A stretch of DNA of 31,542 bases from a virus (IMGVR_UViG_3300025635_000106:1-31542), one strand, 5' to 3'. Shown: positions 1 through 9,862, counted from the first letter of the stretch. The notes: generated by a model from the sequence alone, not told the origin. Made by a program: numbers and translations.

Positions 1-2
1 GT

Positions 3-452
3 TCTAGGATGAACGTCAAAAACACAGGAATTTATAACTTTCAATGGTCTGGTCAGTTTGAAAATACGGACTCACAAGACCATGACGTTAGGGTTTGGCT
101 AAAAATTAACGGAACTAATCTTACTGGCTCAACAGGATTCTTTGCTGTACCTAGTAAACATGGCTCAGTTGATGGTCGTGGTTTAGTTGGATGGAATTAT
201 TATTTAAGCCTAAATGCAAATGATTATGTCGAGTTATGGTGGGAGACTGATAACGCCTTGGTAAGCCTCCAAGCCTATGCTGCTGGAACAAATTACCCAT
301 CTACAGCGTCCTTGATTACTACTATGAACTACATCTCTCCGTCAGCATTGACAAATATCTATGCTAGTTCTCAAGGACAAGGTACGGCAACGATTACCCA
401 CTTTGCAAATTCAACGGCAAATAAGACCTACAGATATGCAATTATTGGTTGA
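3..452 (+). CDS. Virion/tail structural protein, probably 5'-truncated, with a C1q-like beta domain
   Basis: Frame is open upstream of ATG 9 to the window edge; GIYNFQWSGQF...LNANDYVELWW resembles a C1q/TNF-like fold. Confidence 0.55.
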   Translation, partial: SRMNVKNTGIYNFQWSGQFENTDSQDHDVRVWLKINGTNLTGSTGFFAVPSKHGSVDGRGLVGWNYYLSLNANDYVELWWETDNALVSLQAYAAGTNYPSTASLITTMNYISPSALTNIYASSQGQGTATITHFANSTANKTYRYAIIG

Positions 453-464
453 TTTTAATAATTT

Positions 465-503
465 ATGTATAATGGATTCCGTGGATGACCCATCTTGGAA
501 TCC
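465..503 (+). promoter_or_regulatory. Putative -10 box (TATAAT 468-473) followed by a leader hairpin
   Basis: GGATTCC-gtg-GATG-acc-CATC-tt-GGAATCC at 474-503; SD AGGAG upstream of ATG 523. Confidence 0.5.
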
Positions 504-522
504 GAACTTTTAGGAGTAAAAG

Positions 523-1437
523 ATGGCTACTACTACCACATCCACAGTCGCACCAGAAATAGCACCATACCTGACGTATGGTTTGCAACAGGCATCTAAC
601 CTTTATGGTGCTGGTGGGCCACAATACTACACAGGCGAAACCTTTGTAGCACCATCTCAGACTACACAAGCTGGTGTTCAAGCATTAGAGACTCGTGCTT
701 TAGCTGGTAGCCCCTTAACTGGACTTGCTCAACAACAATTACAGGGAACTTTGGGCGGTGCTTATCTGGGTGGAAATCCTTTCTTTCAAGGTGCGTTTGC
801 CCCTGCTGCACAAGCTGCTCAACAACAGTTCCAAAGCACATTGGGCGACATTGGCTCTAAAGCAAGCCTAGCAGGGCGTTATGGCTCTGGTGCTATGGGT
901 AACCTACAGAATCGTGCTGCTGGTCAATATGCACAAGCATTGACTAACACAGCAGGTCAACTGGCTTATCAGAACTACGAGCAAGAACGAGCAAGACAGC
1001 AACAAGCTATTGGTGCTGCGCCAGCATTGGCTCAAGCTGATTACCAAGACATTAACCAGTTGCTACAAGCAGGTCAGTTGCGTGAAGGCTACCAAGGTCA
1101 ACAGTTGGGTGCTGACATTCAGCGTTTTAACTTCTTGCAAAATCAGCCACAACAGAACTTACAAAACTATATGTCATTGGTATATGGCAACCCATTAGGA
1201 CGTGTGGGTTCTACTACGGCATCTGGTGCTGCTGATACTTCTACCTTGCAAAAAGTTTTGGGTACGGCTGCTACTGGTGCTGCTGTTTACAAGAATTTAG
1301 GCTCACCTAATCTTAACTTCTTAAACCCATTTAGTTCTTTTTCTGGTAGGCCTGTTGATGCTTTGAATTCGTCAGCGTATGGTAGCGGTTTACCTGCTTT
1401 CCAAGCAATGCAAAATGACATTTATGGTATAGGTTAA
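523..1437 (+). CDS. Putative internal virion (DNA ejection/pilot) protein
   Basis: Gln/Ala/Gly-rich with no Cys or Trp; lies after tail genes as in podoviruses; good RBS. Confidence 0.6.
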   Translation: MATTTTSTVAPEIAPYLTYGLQQASNLYGAGGPQYYTGETFVAPSQTTQAGVQALETRALAGSPLTGLAQQQLQGTLGGAYLGGNPFFQGAFAPAAQAAQQQFQSTLGDIGSKASLAGRYGSGAMGNLQNRAAGQYAQALTNTAGQLAYQNYEQERARQQQAIGAAPALAQADYQDINQLLQAGQLREGYQGQQLGADIQRFNFLQNQPQQNLQNYMSLVYGNPLGRVGSTTASGAADTSTLQKVLGTAATGAAVYKNLGSPNLNFLNPFSSFSGRPVDALNSSAYGSGLPAFQAMQNDIYGIG

Positions 1438-1439
1438 TT

Positions 1440-2843
1440 ATGGCTGGACTATTAGACATTTTTGGAACTAGCGGGGCAGACACAATGGGTCTGTTGGGTA
1501 TGTCACAAGCTGACATTGCTCGTAATCGTGAAGACGCACAAGCACAAGCCTTGTATGCACTAGCAGGGCGTTTATTCCAAGGTGGGAATACTGGACAGTC
1601 TATTGTTGAAGGCTTACAGCGTGGTCAGCAAGCCTATCGTGGTGGTATGAATGAGGCTATGCAAAGCCAATTGCAGAATGTTCAATTGCAAGATATGTTG
1701 CGTAAGCGTAAAGAAGATGAAGCAAGGCGTGAGCAAGAAAAACAAATGCGTTTACTTGCGCCACAAATCTTTACCACTACAACTACGCCAGAACAAGTTA
1801 CTTACGAAGGCGTACCAAGCCAATTCCCTGCTCGTGACGATGAAGGTAACTTAATGCCAAACATGGCTGTAAGACCTGCTCAGACTACACGCTCTGTTGA
1901 CACCAATAAGCTACAAGCCTTGGCTATGTTGTCTCCTGACCCATTAACATCTTTAGCAAGCATGGCTAAACTTGTTCCTGACTTGCGTAAAGCAGGATTT
2001 ATTGGTGCTAGTCAACAAGAAGATAATCCGTTTGCTATTTACTTGGCAGACCCTAATTTGCCTAAAAATCTAAAACCAATTGTTCAGCAATATTCAAAAA
2101 CTTGGCAGAATTTAGACCCTGCTGTTGTTGATGCTCGTGTTGCACAAATTGGTCAACAGTTGCAAAAGAATTCTGAGTTTCAACAAGTACAAGCACGAAT
2201 TGAGGCTCAAGAAAAACAACTTAATGCTTTTAAAGAACAAGGTCTTGCTCAAACTGCTGCTGCTCAAGCAGTATCACAGCAAATTGCACTTGGTAATCAA
2301 CAATTGACTCGTATGCTTGCAGAGCAAAAACTTGATGCTGCTAAGAATAAACCATTGCCAGCAAGTTTGCAAAAATCTGAAGATGAGGATTTGCAAGCTA
2401 TCAATAGCTACAAAGCTACACAGAAAGAGTTGTTTGCACCAATTAACGCATTGACTCCAGACCCTGTTACTAAGAAGCCAAAGTTAGTTCTTGGCCCTGT
2501 TCAAAATCTGCGTTATCAAGCAGCCAACTTAACTGGCGACTCAACAGAAGAAAGTCGTGCTTACGCAGATTTGCAATCAGCAGTAAAAAATGCAGTTAAC
2601 TTAAAGGTTAGCGCAGAAAAAGGCGTACAGACTGACAAAGATGTGTTGCGATTTGCTGATGCTTTGATTGCTGCATCTGGTAAAAACGACACTAAAGCAA
2701 CATTGGACGCATTGAAGAAATTTAATGACTCAATTGCTACTGCACAGGAAAATACAGTCAAACTTATTGAACAGCGCAGAAAGTCTCAGGGTGTAGCACC
2801 TTTATTTGGTGATACAGGTAGAAATGTTAATGTGAACTACTAA
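1440..2843 (+). CDS. Putative internal virion (ejection) protein
   Basis: 467 aa, helical/coiled-coil, MAGLLD N-terminus, second of three large genes. Confidence 0.55.
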   Translation: MAGLLDIFGTSGADTMGLLGMSQADIARNREDAQAQALYALAGRLFQGGNTGQSIVEGLQRGQQAYRGGMNEAMQSQLQNVQLQDMLRKRKEDEARREQEKQMRLLAPQIFTTTTTPEQVTYEGVPSQFPARDDEGNLMPNMAVRPAQTTRSVDTNKLQALAMLSPDPLTSLASMAKLVPDLRKAGFIGASQQEDNPFAIYLADPNLPKNLKPIVQQYSKTWQNLDPAVVDARVAQIGQQLQKNSEFQQVQARIEAQEKQLNAFKEQGLAQTAAAQAVSQQIALGNQQLTRMLAEQKLDAAKNKPLPASLQKSEDEDLQAINSYKATQKELFAPINALTPDPVTKKPKLVLGPVQNLRYQAANLTGDSTEESRAYADLQSAVKNAVNLKVSAEKGVQTDKDVLRFADALIAASGKNDTKATLDALKKFNDSIATAQENTVKLIEQRRKSQGVAPLFGDTGRNVNVNY

Positions 2844-2844
2844 T

Positions 2845-4470
2845 ATGCCATATTCCATAACTACAAAAGACGGAATTACGATTCCAGATATTCCTGATGA
2901 TGTTGCGCCAGATGCACCAGAATTAAAGGCAATGGTTGAGAGAATTCGTGCAGGTCAAAAGCCTACCGAAAAGCCTATGGCTTCTTCTCAACCACAAATG
3001 TCTGCTGCTGATGTGGCAGTTAGTGCTGTAAAGAACTTTCCTAGTTCTGTCGGCTCAATGCTTGGTGATATATATCAAGCGGTATCTAGCCCTGTTCAAA
3101 CAACTAAGGCTGTTTTAGACCTTGGTGCTGGCATCTTGCAAAACGCATTGCCAGAGCGATTTGTGCAAGCAGTTGGCGAAGACAAAGCAAGCCGTGATTT
3201 AGCTTCTAAAGTTGGTCAGCATTATGTACAGCGTTATGGTAGCGTAGAAGGTGCTAAACGTGCCTTGGCTACTGACCCTGCTGGAGTTATGGCAGACCTT
3301 TCTACTGTCCTTACAGGCGGTGCTATGTTGCCTACTAGGGCAGCACCTGCATTGGCTACTGCTGCTCGTGCTGTTGACCCTTTAATGTTAGCTGCTCGTA
3401 CTACTGGAAAAACACTTGATGTTTTAGGTGGTGCTACTAAGGCTGGTCTTGGATTGCAAACTGGCGTAGGCTCAGAGGCTATTGGTCAGGCTTACCAAGC
3501 TGGTAAAACTGGCGGTGAAATGTCTGAATTGTTTAAGGCTAACTTGCGTGGTGAAGTTCCACAATTAGAAGTTCTTGATGCTGCCAAACAAAACCTAGCT
3601 GAAATGGCTATTGAAAGACAGCGCATTTATCGTGAAGGCATGAAGAACATTAAGGGCGATAAAACTATTCTTTCGCTTACTGGTGTGGATAACGCTGTCA
3701 AGCAAGCCTTAAACAAGATTACTTTTAAAGGTCAAGTTAAGAATGAAGTTGCTTTTGAAAGATTGTCAGAAGCACAAGCTAAAGTAGATGCTTGGAGAAA
3801 GCTAGACCCTGCTCAGTTTCATACGCCAGAAGGCTTAGATGCTTTGAAACAGCAGATTGGCGATATTCTTGAGAAGATTCCTTACGAGCAAAAGACTGCT
3901 TTAAATTCAGTCAATGAAGTCTATAACGGAATTAAGTCTGAGATTGTTAAACAAGCACCAACTTATTCAAAAACAATGAAGTCGTATTCTGATGCAACAG
4001 ATACGATTCGTGAAATTGAAAAGGCTTTGTCTCTTAACAATAAAGCATCAGCAGATACAGCAATGCGTAAGTTGCAGTCTTTGATGCGTAACAATGTTAA
4101 TACAAACTATGGTCAACGCTTAAATCTTGCTAGAGAACTTGAGCAAGCTGGTGGCAGACAAATGATGCCAGCATTGGCAGGTCAAGCCCTTTCTGAGTGG
4201 ACACCAAGAGGACTGCAACGAGCAACTTCAATTCCTACTGCGTTTTTAGCGCAAGGTGTTGGTGGTTTACCACTTGCAGGGGCATCATTGGCTACTTCAT
4301 CTCCTCGATTGATGGGTGAAGCTGCTTATGGTGCAGGTCGTGTCGCTAAAGGTTTGCTTGATGTGCAAAACAGGATGCCAGACATAGACTATCCAACAAT
4401 GTTCAATTTGTTGTACCAAGCACAACAACCAACTAAAATTGACTTAACTGGAATGGCTAACGCCAACTAA
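2845..4470 (+). CDS. Putative internal virion (DNA transfer) protein
   Basis: 541 aa, Ala/Gly-rich helical, C-terminal SSPRLMGEAAY-type segment. Confidence 0.55.
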   Translation: MPYSITTKDGITIPDIPDDVAPDAPELKAMVERIRAGQKPTEKPMASSQPQMSAADVAVSAVKNFPSSVGSMLGDIYQAVSSPVQTTKAVLDLGAGILQNALPERFVQAVGEDKASRDLASKVGQHYVQRYGSVEGAKRALATDPAGVMADLSTVLTGGAMLPTRAAPALATAARAVDPLMLAARTTGKTLDVLGGATKAGLGLQTGVGSEAIGQAYQAGKTGGEMSELFKANLRGEVPQLEVLDAAKQNLAEMAIERQRIYREGMKNIKGDKTILSLTGVDNAVKQALNKITFKGQVKNEVAFERLSEAQAKVDAWRKLDPAQFHTPEGLDALKQQIGDILEKIPYEQKTALNSVNEVYNGIKSEIVKQAPTYSKTMKSYSDATDTIREIEKALSLNNKASADTAMRKLQSLMRNNVNTNYGQRLNLARELEQAGGRQMMPALAGQALSEWTPRGLQRATSIPTAFLAQGVGGLPLAGASLATSSPRLMGEAAYGAGRVAKGLLDVQNRMPDIDYPTMFNLLYQAQQPTKIDLTGMANAN

Positions 4471-4478
4471 GGACTTAT

Positions 4479-5126
4479 ATGCCAAAAGTAAAAATTAGTG
4501 AGTGGAGTGCGACTCCAGCAAATAACACAGACATTGATGGTATCAATATCGCAGAGGGTTGTGCGCCATCTGGAATTAACGATGCTATCCGTGAGTTAAT
4601 GGCTCAAGTTAAAGACTTGTACGCTGGAACTAGCGGTGACTTAATTGCTGTTGCTGGAGGTGGAACAGGGGTAGGAACAAGCACAGGCTCTGGCAATAAT
4701 GTATTGTCAACAAGTCCTACTCTTGTGACTCCATTATTGGGGACTCCAACATCAGGAAATTTAAGTAATTGCACAGCCGATGGAACAGACTCCGTTGGTT
4801 TTAAAAATATTCCTATTAACAGCCAAAGCGCAGCATATACAGCAGTATTGGCAGACGCAGGAAAAGTAATATTCCATCCATCAACTGATGCAAATGCAAG
4901 GACATTTACAATCCCTGCAAATAGTTCTGTAGCTTATCCACTTGGTACTGCAATCACTTTTATCAATATGACAAGTCAAGCAGTAACTATTGCGATTACT
5001 ACTGACACTATGTATTTGTCTTCTGCTGGCACAACAGGCTCACGCACTTTGGCTCAGTATGGCTCTGCTACTGCAATTAAAATGACTTCAACAACTTGGC
5101 TAATCTCAGGGAGTGGATTGACATGA
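4479..5126 (+). CDS. Tail fibre/spike-associated protein
   Basis: Thr/Ser/Gly-rich; GGTG and VLSTSPTLVTP motifs; C-terminal TWLISGSGLT. Confidence 0.6.
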   Translation: MPKVKISEWSATPANNTDIDGINIAEGCAPSGINDAIRELMAQVKDLYAGTSGDLIAVAGGGTGVGTSTGSGNNVLSTSPTLVTPLLGTPTSGNLSNCTADGTDSVGFKNIPINSQSAAYTAVLADAGKVIFHPSTDANARTFTIPANSSVAYPLGTAITFINMTSQAVTIAITTDTMYLSSAGTTGSRTLAQYGSATAIKMTSTTWLISGSGLT

Positions 5127-5767
5127 GTGGTGCATTACAAGCAGTATTCCAAAACCAAAGGTCATTTGGCTTAACCATAGGTCAAGCATTGGGCGGTGGT
5201 TTTTATGCTGGTCAAATTTCCACAACAGGCAATAGTGTCGCTACTCATTATCTGATTGCTTCTCCTAAGTCTTCTGGAGAAAGCACAGCAATGACATGGA
5301 ATACTGGTGGTGGTGCTGGTGGCGTAGGCTCTGACATAGATGGGCCAGCCAATAGTGCAGCATTGAATAGTTCAACTTATCCAGCAGCGCAGTTCTGTGA
5401 AGGTCTTAGTATTGGTGGTTTTTCTGACTGGTATTTGCCAGCTAAAAATGAGTTGGAGGTGGTTTATTACAACTTAAAACCATCAGCCAATACAAACAAT
5501 ACTGGGTCAGGAATAAACCCAAACGCTGTTCCTGCAAGAGCCTCTACTTACACATCAGGCACTCCAGCAGTCACATCTGCAACTTTGTTTCTATCAGGGC
5601 AAGCGCAAGAGTATAACGAAGTTAATTACTGGACAAGTCAGGGTGACCCAAGTATAGGTAATCGGGCGCAAGTGCAAAGTTTTTATAGAGGTGCTCAAGG
5701 AAGTATTTATAAGGCAACTAGTGGAAATAATTACAGAACTAGAGCAGTTCGTAGAGTTGCCGTTTAA
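5123..5767 (+). CDS. DUF1566/Lcl-like (C-type-lectin fold) putative receptor-binding protein
   Basis: GGFSDWYLPAKNELE, YWTS and terminal RAVRR motifs; ATG 5123 overlaps upstream stop (ATGA). Confidence 0.65.
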   Translation: MSGALQAVFQNQRSFGLTIGQALGGGFYAGQISTTGNSVATHYLIASPKSSGESTAMTWNTGGGAGGVGSDIDGPANSAALNSSTYPAAQFCEGLSIGGFSDWYLPAKNELEVVYYNLKPSANTNNTGSGINPNAVPARASTYTSGTPAVTSATLFLSGQAQEYNEVNYWTSQGDPSIGNRAQVQSFYRGAQGSIYKATSGNNYRTRAVRRVAV

Positions 5768-5779
5768 ACAGGAAAAAGT

Positions 5780-6211
5780 ATGAGATACATTTGCGTAACT
5801 GAAATTGATGCCGTAACTGGCGTAGTCTGTACAGTTGAGCCACAGCGCACAGGCCCATCAATGCCTAACGTCAAAGGCTTGTCGATTTTGTGGCAAGACA
5901 GTTCAACATGGCCTGTTGAATTAGCGTCTGATGGCACATATTTGCGTGCGCCTAAGTATTACGGAACTTGTGACGATGATGCTGATACATCTGTAGCTGG
6001 CGTATTGCAAGTATTGACTGAAGAAGAATACAGCGCAGCCAAAGAAGCCGAGCATCAAGCCCGAAAACCATTCCCATCATGGATTGGCTACTCAAGCACA
6101 ATGACTTGGGGCGCACCAGTATCAAGACCCATTGATGCAATTATGAATGGTGGCAATGTACGTTATCAATGGGATGAAGCAACAGTAAGTTGGATTCCAC
6201 AAAACTCTTAA
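5780..6211 (+). CDS. Hypothetical tail-associated protein
   Basis: RBS AGGA; C-terminal KPFPSW...YQWDEATVSW motif typical of phage tail-region proteins. Confidence 0.55.
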   Translation: MRYICVTEIDAVTGVVCTVEPQRTGPSMPNVKGLSILWQDSSTWPVELASDGTYLRAPKYYGTCDDDADTSVAGVLQVLTEEEYSAAKEAEHQARKPFPSWIGYSSTMTWGAPVSRPIDAIMNGGNVRYQWDEATVSWIPQNS

Positions 6212-6212
6212 T

Positions 6213-7034
6213 ATGAAAGAGTTTTTCTTCATCTCTGGTTTGCCAAGGTCAGGCTCAACCCTGCTCTCGGCTATTCTGCGTCAGAATCCTGACTTCTACG
6301 CTGATATTTCCTCTCCAGTACAAGGCTTGGTGGCATCAACCATCAATGTCATTACAGGAAGCGAAAGCAACCACTTGATAGATGAAGACAGACGCAAACA
6401 CATTTTAAAGTCTTTGTTTAATGCTTACTACGAATCTGTAAGCCCTAAGACTGTATTTGACACTAGCAGGGGATGGACTGCCAAAACATCATTGCTAAAA
6501 GACTTGTACCCACAGACTAAGATTATTTGCTGTGTGCGTGATTTGCCTTGGATACTAGACAGTTTTGAGCGTATTGCTGCTAAGAATTCACTTTATGGTG
6601 CAACCTTAGTTGACGATGAGGCAAAGCAAACAGTCACCACAAGATGCGATGCTTTGATGGATGTTAAAAAAGAAGGTCAAGTGGTCAAGCCTTATTACTT
6701 CTTAGAAGAAGGATTATTGCTAAACCCAGACATGATTTTATTGGTTGAGTATGAATCTTTGTGTAAGCAACCAGAAAGTGTGATGCGTGAGATTTATGGG
6801 TTTATTGGTAAGCCCTACTTTGACCATGACTTTAAGAATGTTGAATACGAAAACGAAATGTTTGACAAAGCGTTAAACATGAAAAGTTTACACACAGTCA
6901 GAAAAGAAGTTTCTTGGCAAGAACGTCCATCAATACTTCCCAAATCAGTTTGGGATAAATATAATGGTAAAGAGTTCTGGCGTACATCAGTACCAGAGTT
7001 TGCAATCAAACAACTGTATAAGGTCAAGGGATGA
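6213..7034 (+). CDS. Sulfotransferase family protein
   Basis: 5'-PSB loop GLPRSGSTLL, 3'-PB motif VRDLPWILDSF, VEYESL. Confidence 0.85.
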   Translation: MKEFFFISGLPRSGSTLLSAILRQNPDFYADISSPVQGLVASTINVITGSESNHLIDEDRRKHILKSLFNAYYESVSPKTVFDTSRGWTAKTSLLKDLYPQTKIICCVRDLPWILDSFERIAAKNSLYGATLVDDEAKQTVTTRCDALMDVKKEGQVVKPYYFLEEGLLLNPDMILLVEYESLCKQPESVMREIYGFIGKPYFDHDFKNVEYENEMFDKALNMKSLHTVRKEVSWQERPSILPKSVWDKYNGKEFWRTSVPEFAIKQLYKVKG

Positions 7035-7819
7035 AACGCATATTAGTTATGGGTTTACCTAATGCGGGTAAAACTACTTTAGCACAGCACATTCTTGAAC
7101 ACTTGCAAAACGAGCGTAAGACAGTCATGTGGCTTAACGCTGATGATGTTCGCAAGCAGTTTAATGATTGGGACTTCTCCTATGAAGGGCGTATTCGTCA
7201 AAGTCTAAGGATGCGTGATTTAGCTGATAGCTACGATGTGGACTATGTTATTTGTGACTTTGTAGCCCCTCTTGTTGAGATGCGTAACAACTTTAAAGCA
7301 GATTGGACTGTCTGGGTTGATACCATTGATAAGGGTAGGTTTGAGGATACAAATAAGATATTTGTTGCGCCAGAGCAGTATGACTTTAGGATTACTGAGC
7401 AAAAGGCTGAGAAGTGGGGTGAGTTCATTGCTGCACATATCTTGGATAACCGAAAGCGTCCTGTCTTTGATTGGCAGAAAGAAACTGTGCAGATGCTTGG
7501 CAGATGGCAACCTTGGCATGAGGGTCATCGTAAGTTATTTGAGAGAGCCTTGGCTAAAACTGGTCAAGTGGTCATTCAGATTAGAGACTGTCAAGGCTGG
7601 AACGGCTCAAACCCTTTTGCGTCTAATCAGGTTAAGAACTTTATCAAGCGTGATTTAGACCCTTTATATCAAGGTCAGTACGAGATTCAGCTTGTGCCAA
7701 ATATTGTTAACATCACATATGGCAGGGATGTGGGATATAAGATTGAGCAAGAATCTTTTGACGATGCTACTCACGCAATATCAGCAACCAAGATACGCAA
7801 AGAAATGGGTATGGGTTGA
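7031..7819 (+). CDS. Adenylylsulfate-kinase-like domain fused to an HxGH nucleotidyltransferase domain
   Basis: P-loop GLPNAGKTT, LNADDVR, ICDFVAP; C-terminal GRWQPWHEGH and ISATKIR. Confidence 0.8.
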   Translation: MKRILVMGLPNAGKTTLAQHILEHLQNERKTVMWLNADDVRKQFNDWDFSYEGRIRQSLRMRDLADSYDVDYVICDFVAPLVEMRNNFKADWTVWVDTIDKGRFEDTNKIFVAPEQYDFRITEQKAEKWGEFIAAHILDNRKRPVFDWQKETVQMLGRWQPWHEGHRKLFERALAKTGQVVIQIRDCQGWNGSNPFASNQVKNFIKRDLDPLYQGQYEIQLVPNIVNITYGRDVGYKIEQESFDDATHAISATKIRKEMGMG

Positions 7820-7822
7820 ATC

Positions 7823-8050
7823 ATGGAAAACGAAGTCACACACAAGCAAATCTACGACAGACTCGTTGAAGTCGAGAATAAGGTAGATAGCATAGACAAG
7901 AACACAAAAGGTCTTGTAGAGGCTATAAATGCCCTTGATGGGGCTTTTAAGGTGCTTGGATGGGTGGCTTCTATTGCCAAGCCAGTATTGTGGGTGGGTG
8001 CGTTAATTATGGCTGCTGGTGCTGTCTGGCAGACTTGGATTAAAAAATGA
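7823..8050 (+). CDS. Small coiled-coil plus transmembrane protein (lysis region)
   Basis: N-terminal coiled coil, C-terminal hydrophobic helix. Confidence 0.6.
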   Translation: MENEVTHKQIYDRLVEVENKVDSIDKNTKGLVEAINALDGAFKVLGWVASIAKPVLWVGALIMAAGAVWQTWIKK

Positions 8051-8139
8051 AAGATTGGGCTTTCGCTTTTACGAGCGCAGCCCTTTTCTGCATTACTGTC
8101 GTATGGTGTTTTTACATCATCGTTTGGGCTATGACGTGA
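8047..8139 (+). CDS. 30-aa membrane peptide (not in ORF track)
   Basis: MKDWAFAFTSAALFCITVVWCFYIIVWAMT; ATGA and GTGA overlaps with both neighbours. Confidence 0.5.
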   Translation: MKDWAFAFTSAALFCITVVWCFYIIVWAMT

Positions 8140-8420
8140 AATGGGTGGCTGCACTTGTTTTAGTTCTAGCACTTCACTCCACAGGCAAAGACCTATGTAG
8201 TGTTCGTGAGTTTTACTCAATTGCTTGGGGTATCCATGACCCTACTGAACGACATAGAAAGATGCTTGAGTGGCTTACAAAACATCAGCAATTATGTAAA
8301 AGTACCGACTTTATCGTTATCTGGAACAATTTAAGTGAATGGGCTGGTAATTCTGATTCGCATGACATAAGAGCATTGGTTATATCTGGGTATAAGAACG
8401 CACTTGGGAGAGAAAAATGA
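8136..8420 (+). CDS. Hypothetical protein with signal-peptide-like N-terminus
   Basis: GTG 8136 gives MKWVAALVLVLALHS...; stop overlaps next ATG. Confidence 0.55.
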   Translation: MKWVAALVLVLALHSTGKDLCSVREFYSIAWGIHDPTERHRKMLEWLTKHQQLCKSTDFIVIWNNLSEWAGNSDSHDIRALVISGYKNALGREK

Positions 8421-8653
8421 TTGACAAAATCAGGTGGTTTCCCATTGTTGATGCTACTGGTTACCCTCAGAAAACTGATAGCACTCAAAGACGAATTGAG
8501 AAGCACCAAGAAGAACACAGAGCCATTGTGAAGGCTGCCAAAGCAGAGGAAAAGTTAGATGACTTGCTGTTTGAGTTGTACTGTAAGAAAGCAGAACAAC
8601 AAGAGATAAGGCTTGAGATATTCACGAATCGTAAACTAGACTTTTATGTGTGA
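8417..8653 (+). CDS. Hypothetical protein
   Basis: ORF coupled to upstream stop; fills the operon. Confidence 0.55.
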   Translation: MIDKIRWFPIVDATGYPQKTDSTQRRIEKHQEEHRAIVKAAKAEEKLDDLLFELYCKKAEQQEIRLEIFTNRKLDFYV

Positions 8654-8659
8654 GGATGT

Positions 8660-8905
8660 ATGGAAGACGTTAAATCTAAATTGACTTTCTATGTGACATT
8701 TATGGTTAGCTTTACTTTGTGTCTGTCAGTCTTGGCAATGATGGCTGCTTTTGTTCTTGGTCTATGGGCTAAAGAAGTTGATAATGCCGAGATATTTAAA
8801 CTGTTAAGCCCTGCATTTCAGACCATTATTGGTGGCTTTATTGGTTTGTTAGCTGGCGTGAAGTTATCTCACGATGACGATAAAAAAGGATGTAAAAATG
8901 CTTGA
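8660..8905 (+). CDS. Two-TM membrane protein, holin candidate
   Basis: Two hydrophobic helices, charged C-terminus, RBS GAGG, upstream of endolysin. Confidence 0.5.
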   Translation: MEDVKSKLTFYVTFMVSFTLCLSVLAMMAAFVLGLWAKEVDNAEIFKLLSPAFQTIIGGFIGLLAGVKLSHDDDKKGCKNA

Positions 8906-9392
8906 TATTCTTTCTGGTGGTTTACTAGGCTCTATCTTTGGTGGCATCTTTAGGATGGCCCCAGAAGTTCTTAAATGGATGGATAAGAAGAATGAGCGTG
9001 AGCATGAACTCAATATGTTCAAGTTTCAATGTGACTTGGAGGCTCAAAGAGGCGCACAAAAACTCGCAGAAATAGGCGCACAAAGAGAAGCTGCCATTGA
9101 CGTAGGGGTCATGGATGCCTTTAATAACGCTATTACACAGCAAGCAGAGATGGTTAAAGCGGCTGGTGGATGGGTGGCTAGCCTTTCTGCTTCTGTGCGT
9201 CCTGTGGTCACATATTGGGTTCTGTTTGTTTGGTCGTTTATCCATGTTTGGTTTGCTTGGAACGCATGGTTAGCAGGTGCGCCAGCTACAGAAGTCTTTA
9301 AAACAATGATGACACCAGACTTTTCTGCTTTGCTCTCAGGAACAATTAACTATTGGTTTCTTGATAGAACTTTGTCTAAGCGTGGCATATGA
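8898..9392 (+). CDS. Membrane protein, holin-like
   Basis: Start ATG 8898 after AAGGA; SVRPVVTY...TM...YWFLDRTL pattern; directly before lysozyme. Confidence 0.55.
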   Translation: MLDILSGGLLGSIFGGIFRMAPEVLKWMDKKNEREHELNMFKFQCDLEAQRGAQKLAEIGAQREAAIDVGVMDAFNNAITQQAEMVKAAGGWVASLSASVRPVVTYWVLFVWSFIHVWFAWNAWLAGAPATEVFKTMMTPDFSALLSGTINYWFLDRTLSKRGI

Positions 9393-9832
9393 ACTTAGAA
9401 CTGGCTGCATCTTTATGTAAGCAGTTTGAGGGGTTTAGAAGTAAACCCTATCTTTGCCCTGCTAACGTAGCTACGATTGGTTATGGCTCAACCTACTATG
9501 CTGATGGGCGTAAAGTTAACCTTGCAGATTCTCCAATAGATGAAGAAAATGCAAGGATATTGCTAATGTATGAATTGGAACATACCTACTTACAGGGTGT
9601 TTTGCGTAACTGTCCAATTCTTATGACGGATGAGCGTAAGTGCAATGCCATTGTAGATTTTTGCTATAACTTAGGCGTTGGAAGACTTCAAACTTCTACT
9701 CTCAAGCGAAAAATAAATGCCCAAGATTGGGAAGGTGCTAAAGAGCAACTGATGCTGTGGAACAAAGGCGGTGGTAAGGTTCTGGCTGGCTTGACAAAGC
9801 GCAGAGTTGCTGAGTGTGCATTATTAAATTAA
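9389..9832 (+). CDS. Endolysin, GH24 phage lysozyme
   Basis: FEGFRSKPYLCPANVATIGYG (E-x8-C-x5-T triad), FCYNLG, GLTKRR. Confidence 0.92.
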   Translation: MNLELAASLCKQFEGFRSKPYLCPANVATIGYGSTYYADGRKVNLADSPIDEENARILLMYELEHTYLQGVLRNCPILMTDERKCNAIVDFCYNLGVGRLQTSTLKRKINAQDWEGAKEQLMLWNKGGGKVLAGLTKRRVAECALLN

Positions 9833-9862
9833 AATGTCATAATATCCATATAAGGTGTTGAT

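Noticed and set aside
5123-5767. Diversity-generating retroelement target (DUF1566-like C-terminus)
   Set aside because: No reverse transcriptase and no template repeat of the 3' end seen in the window
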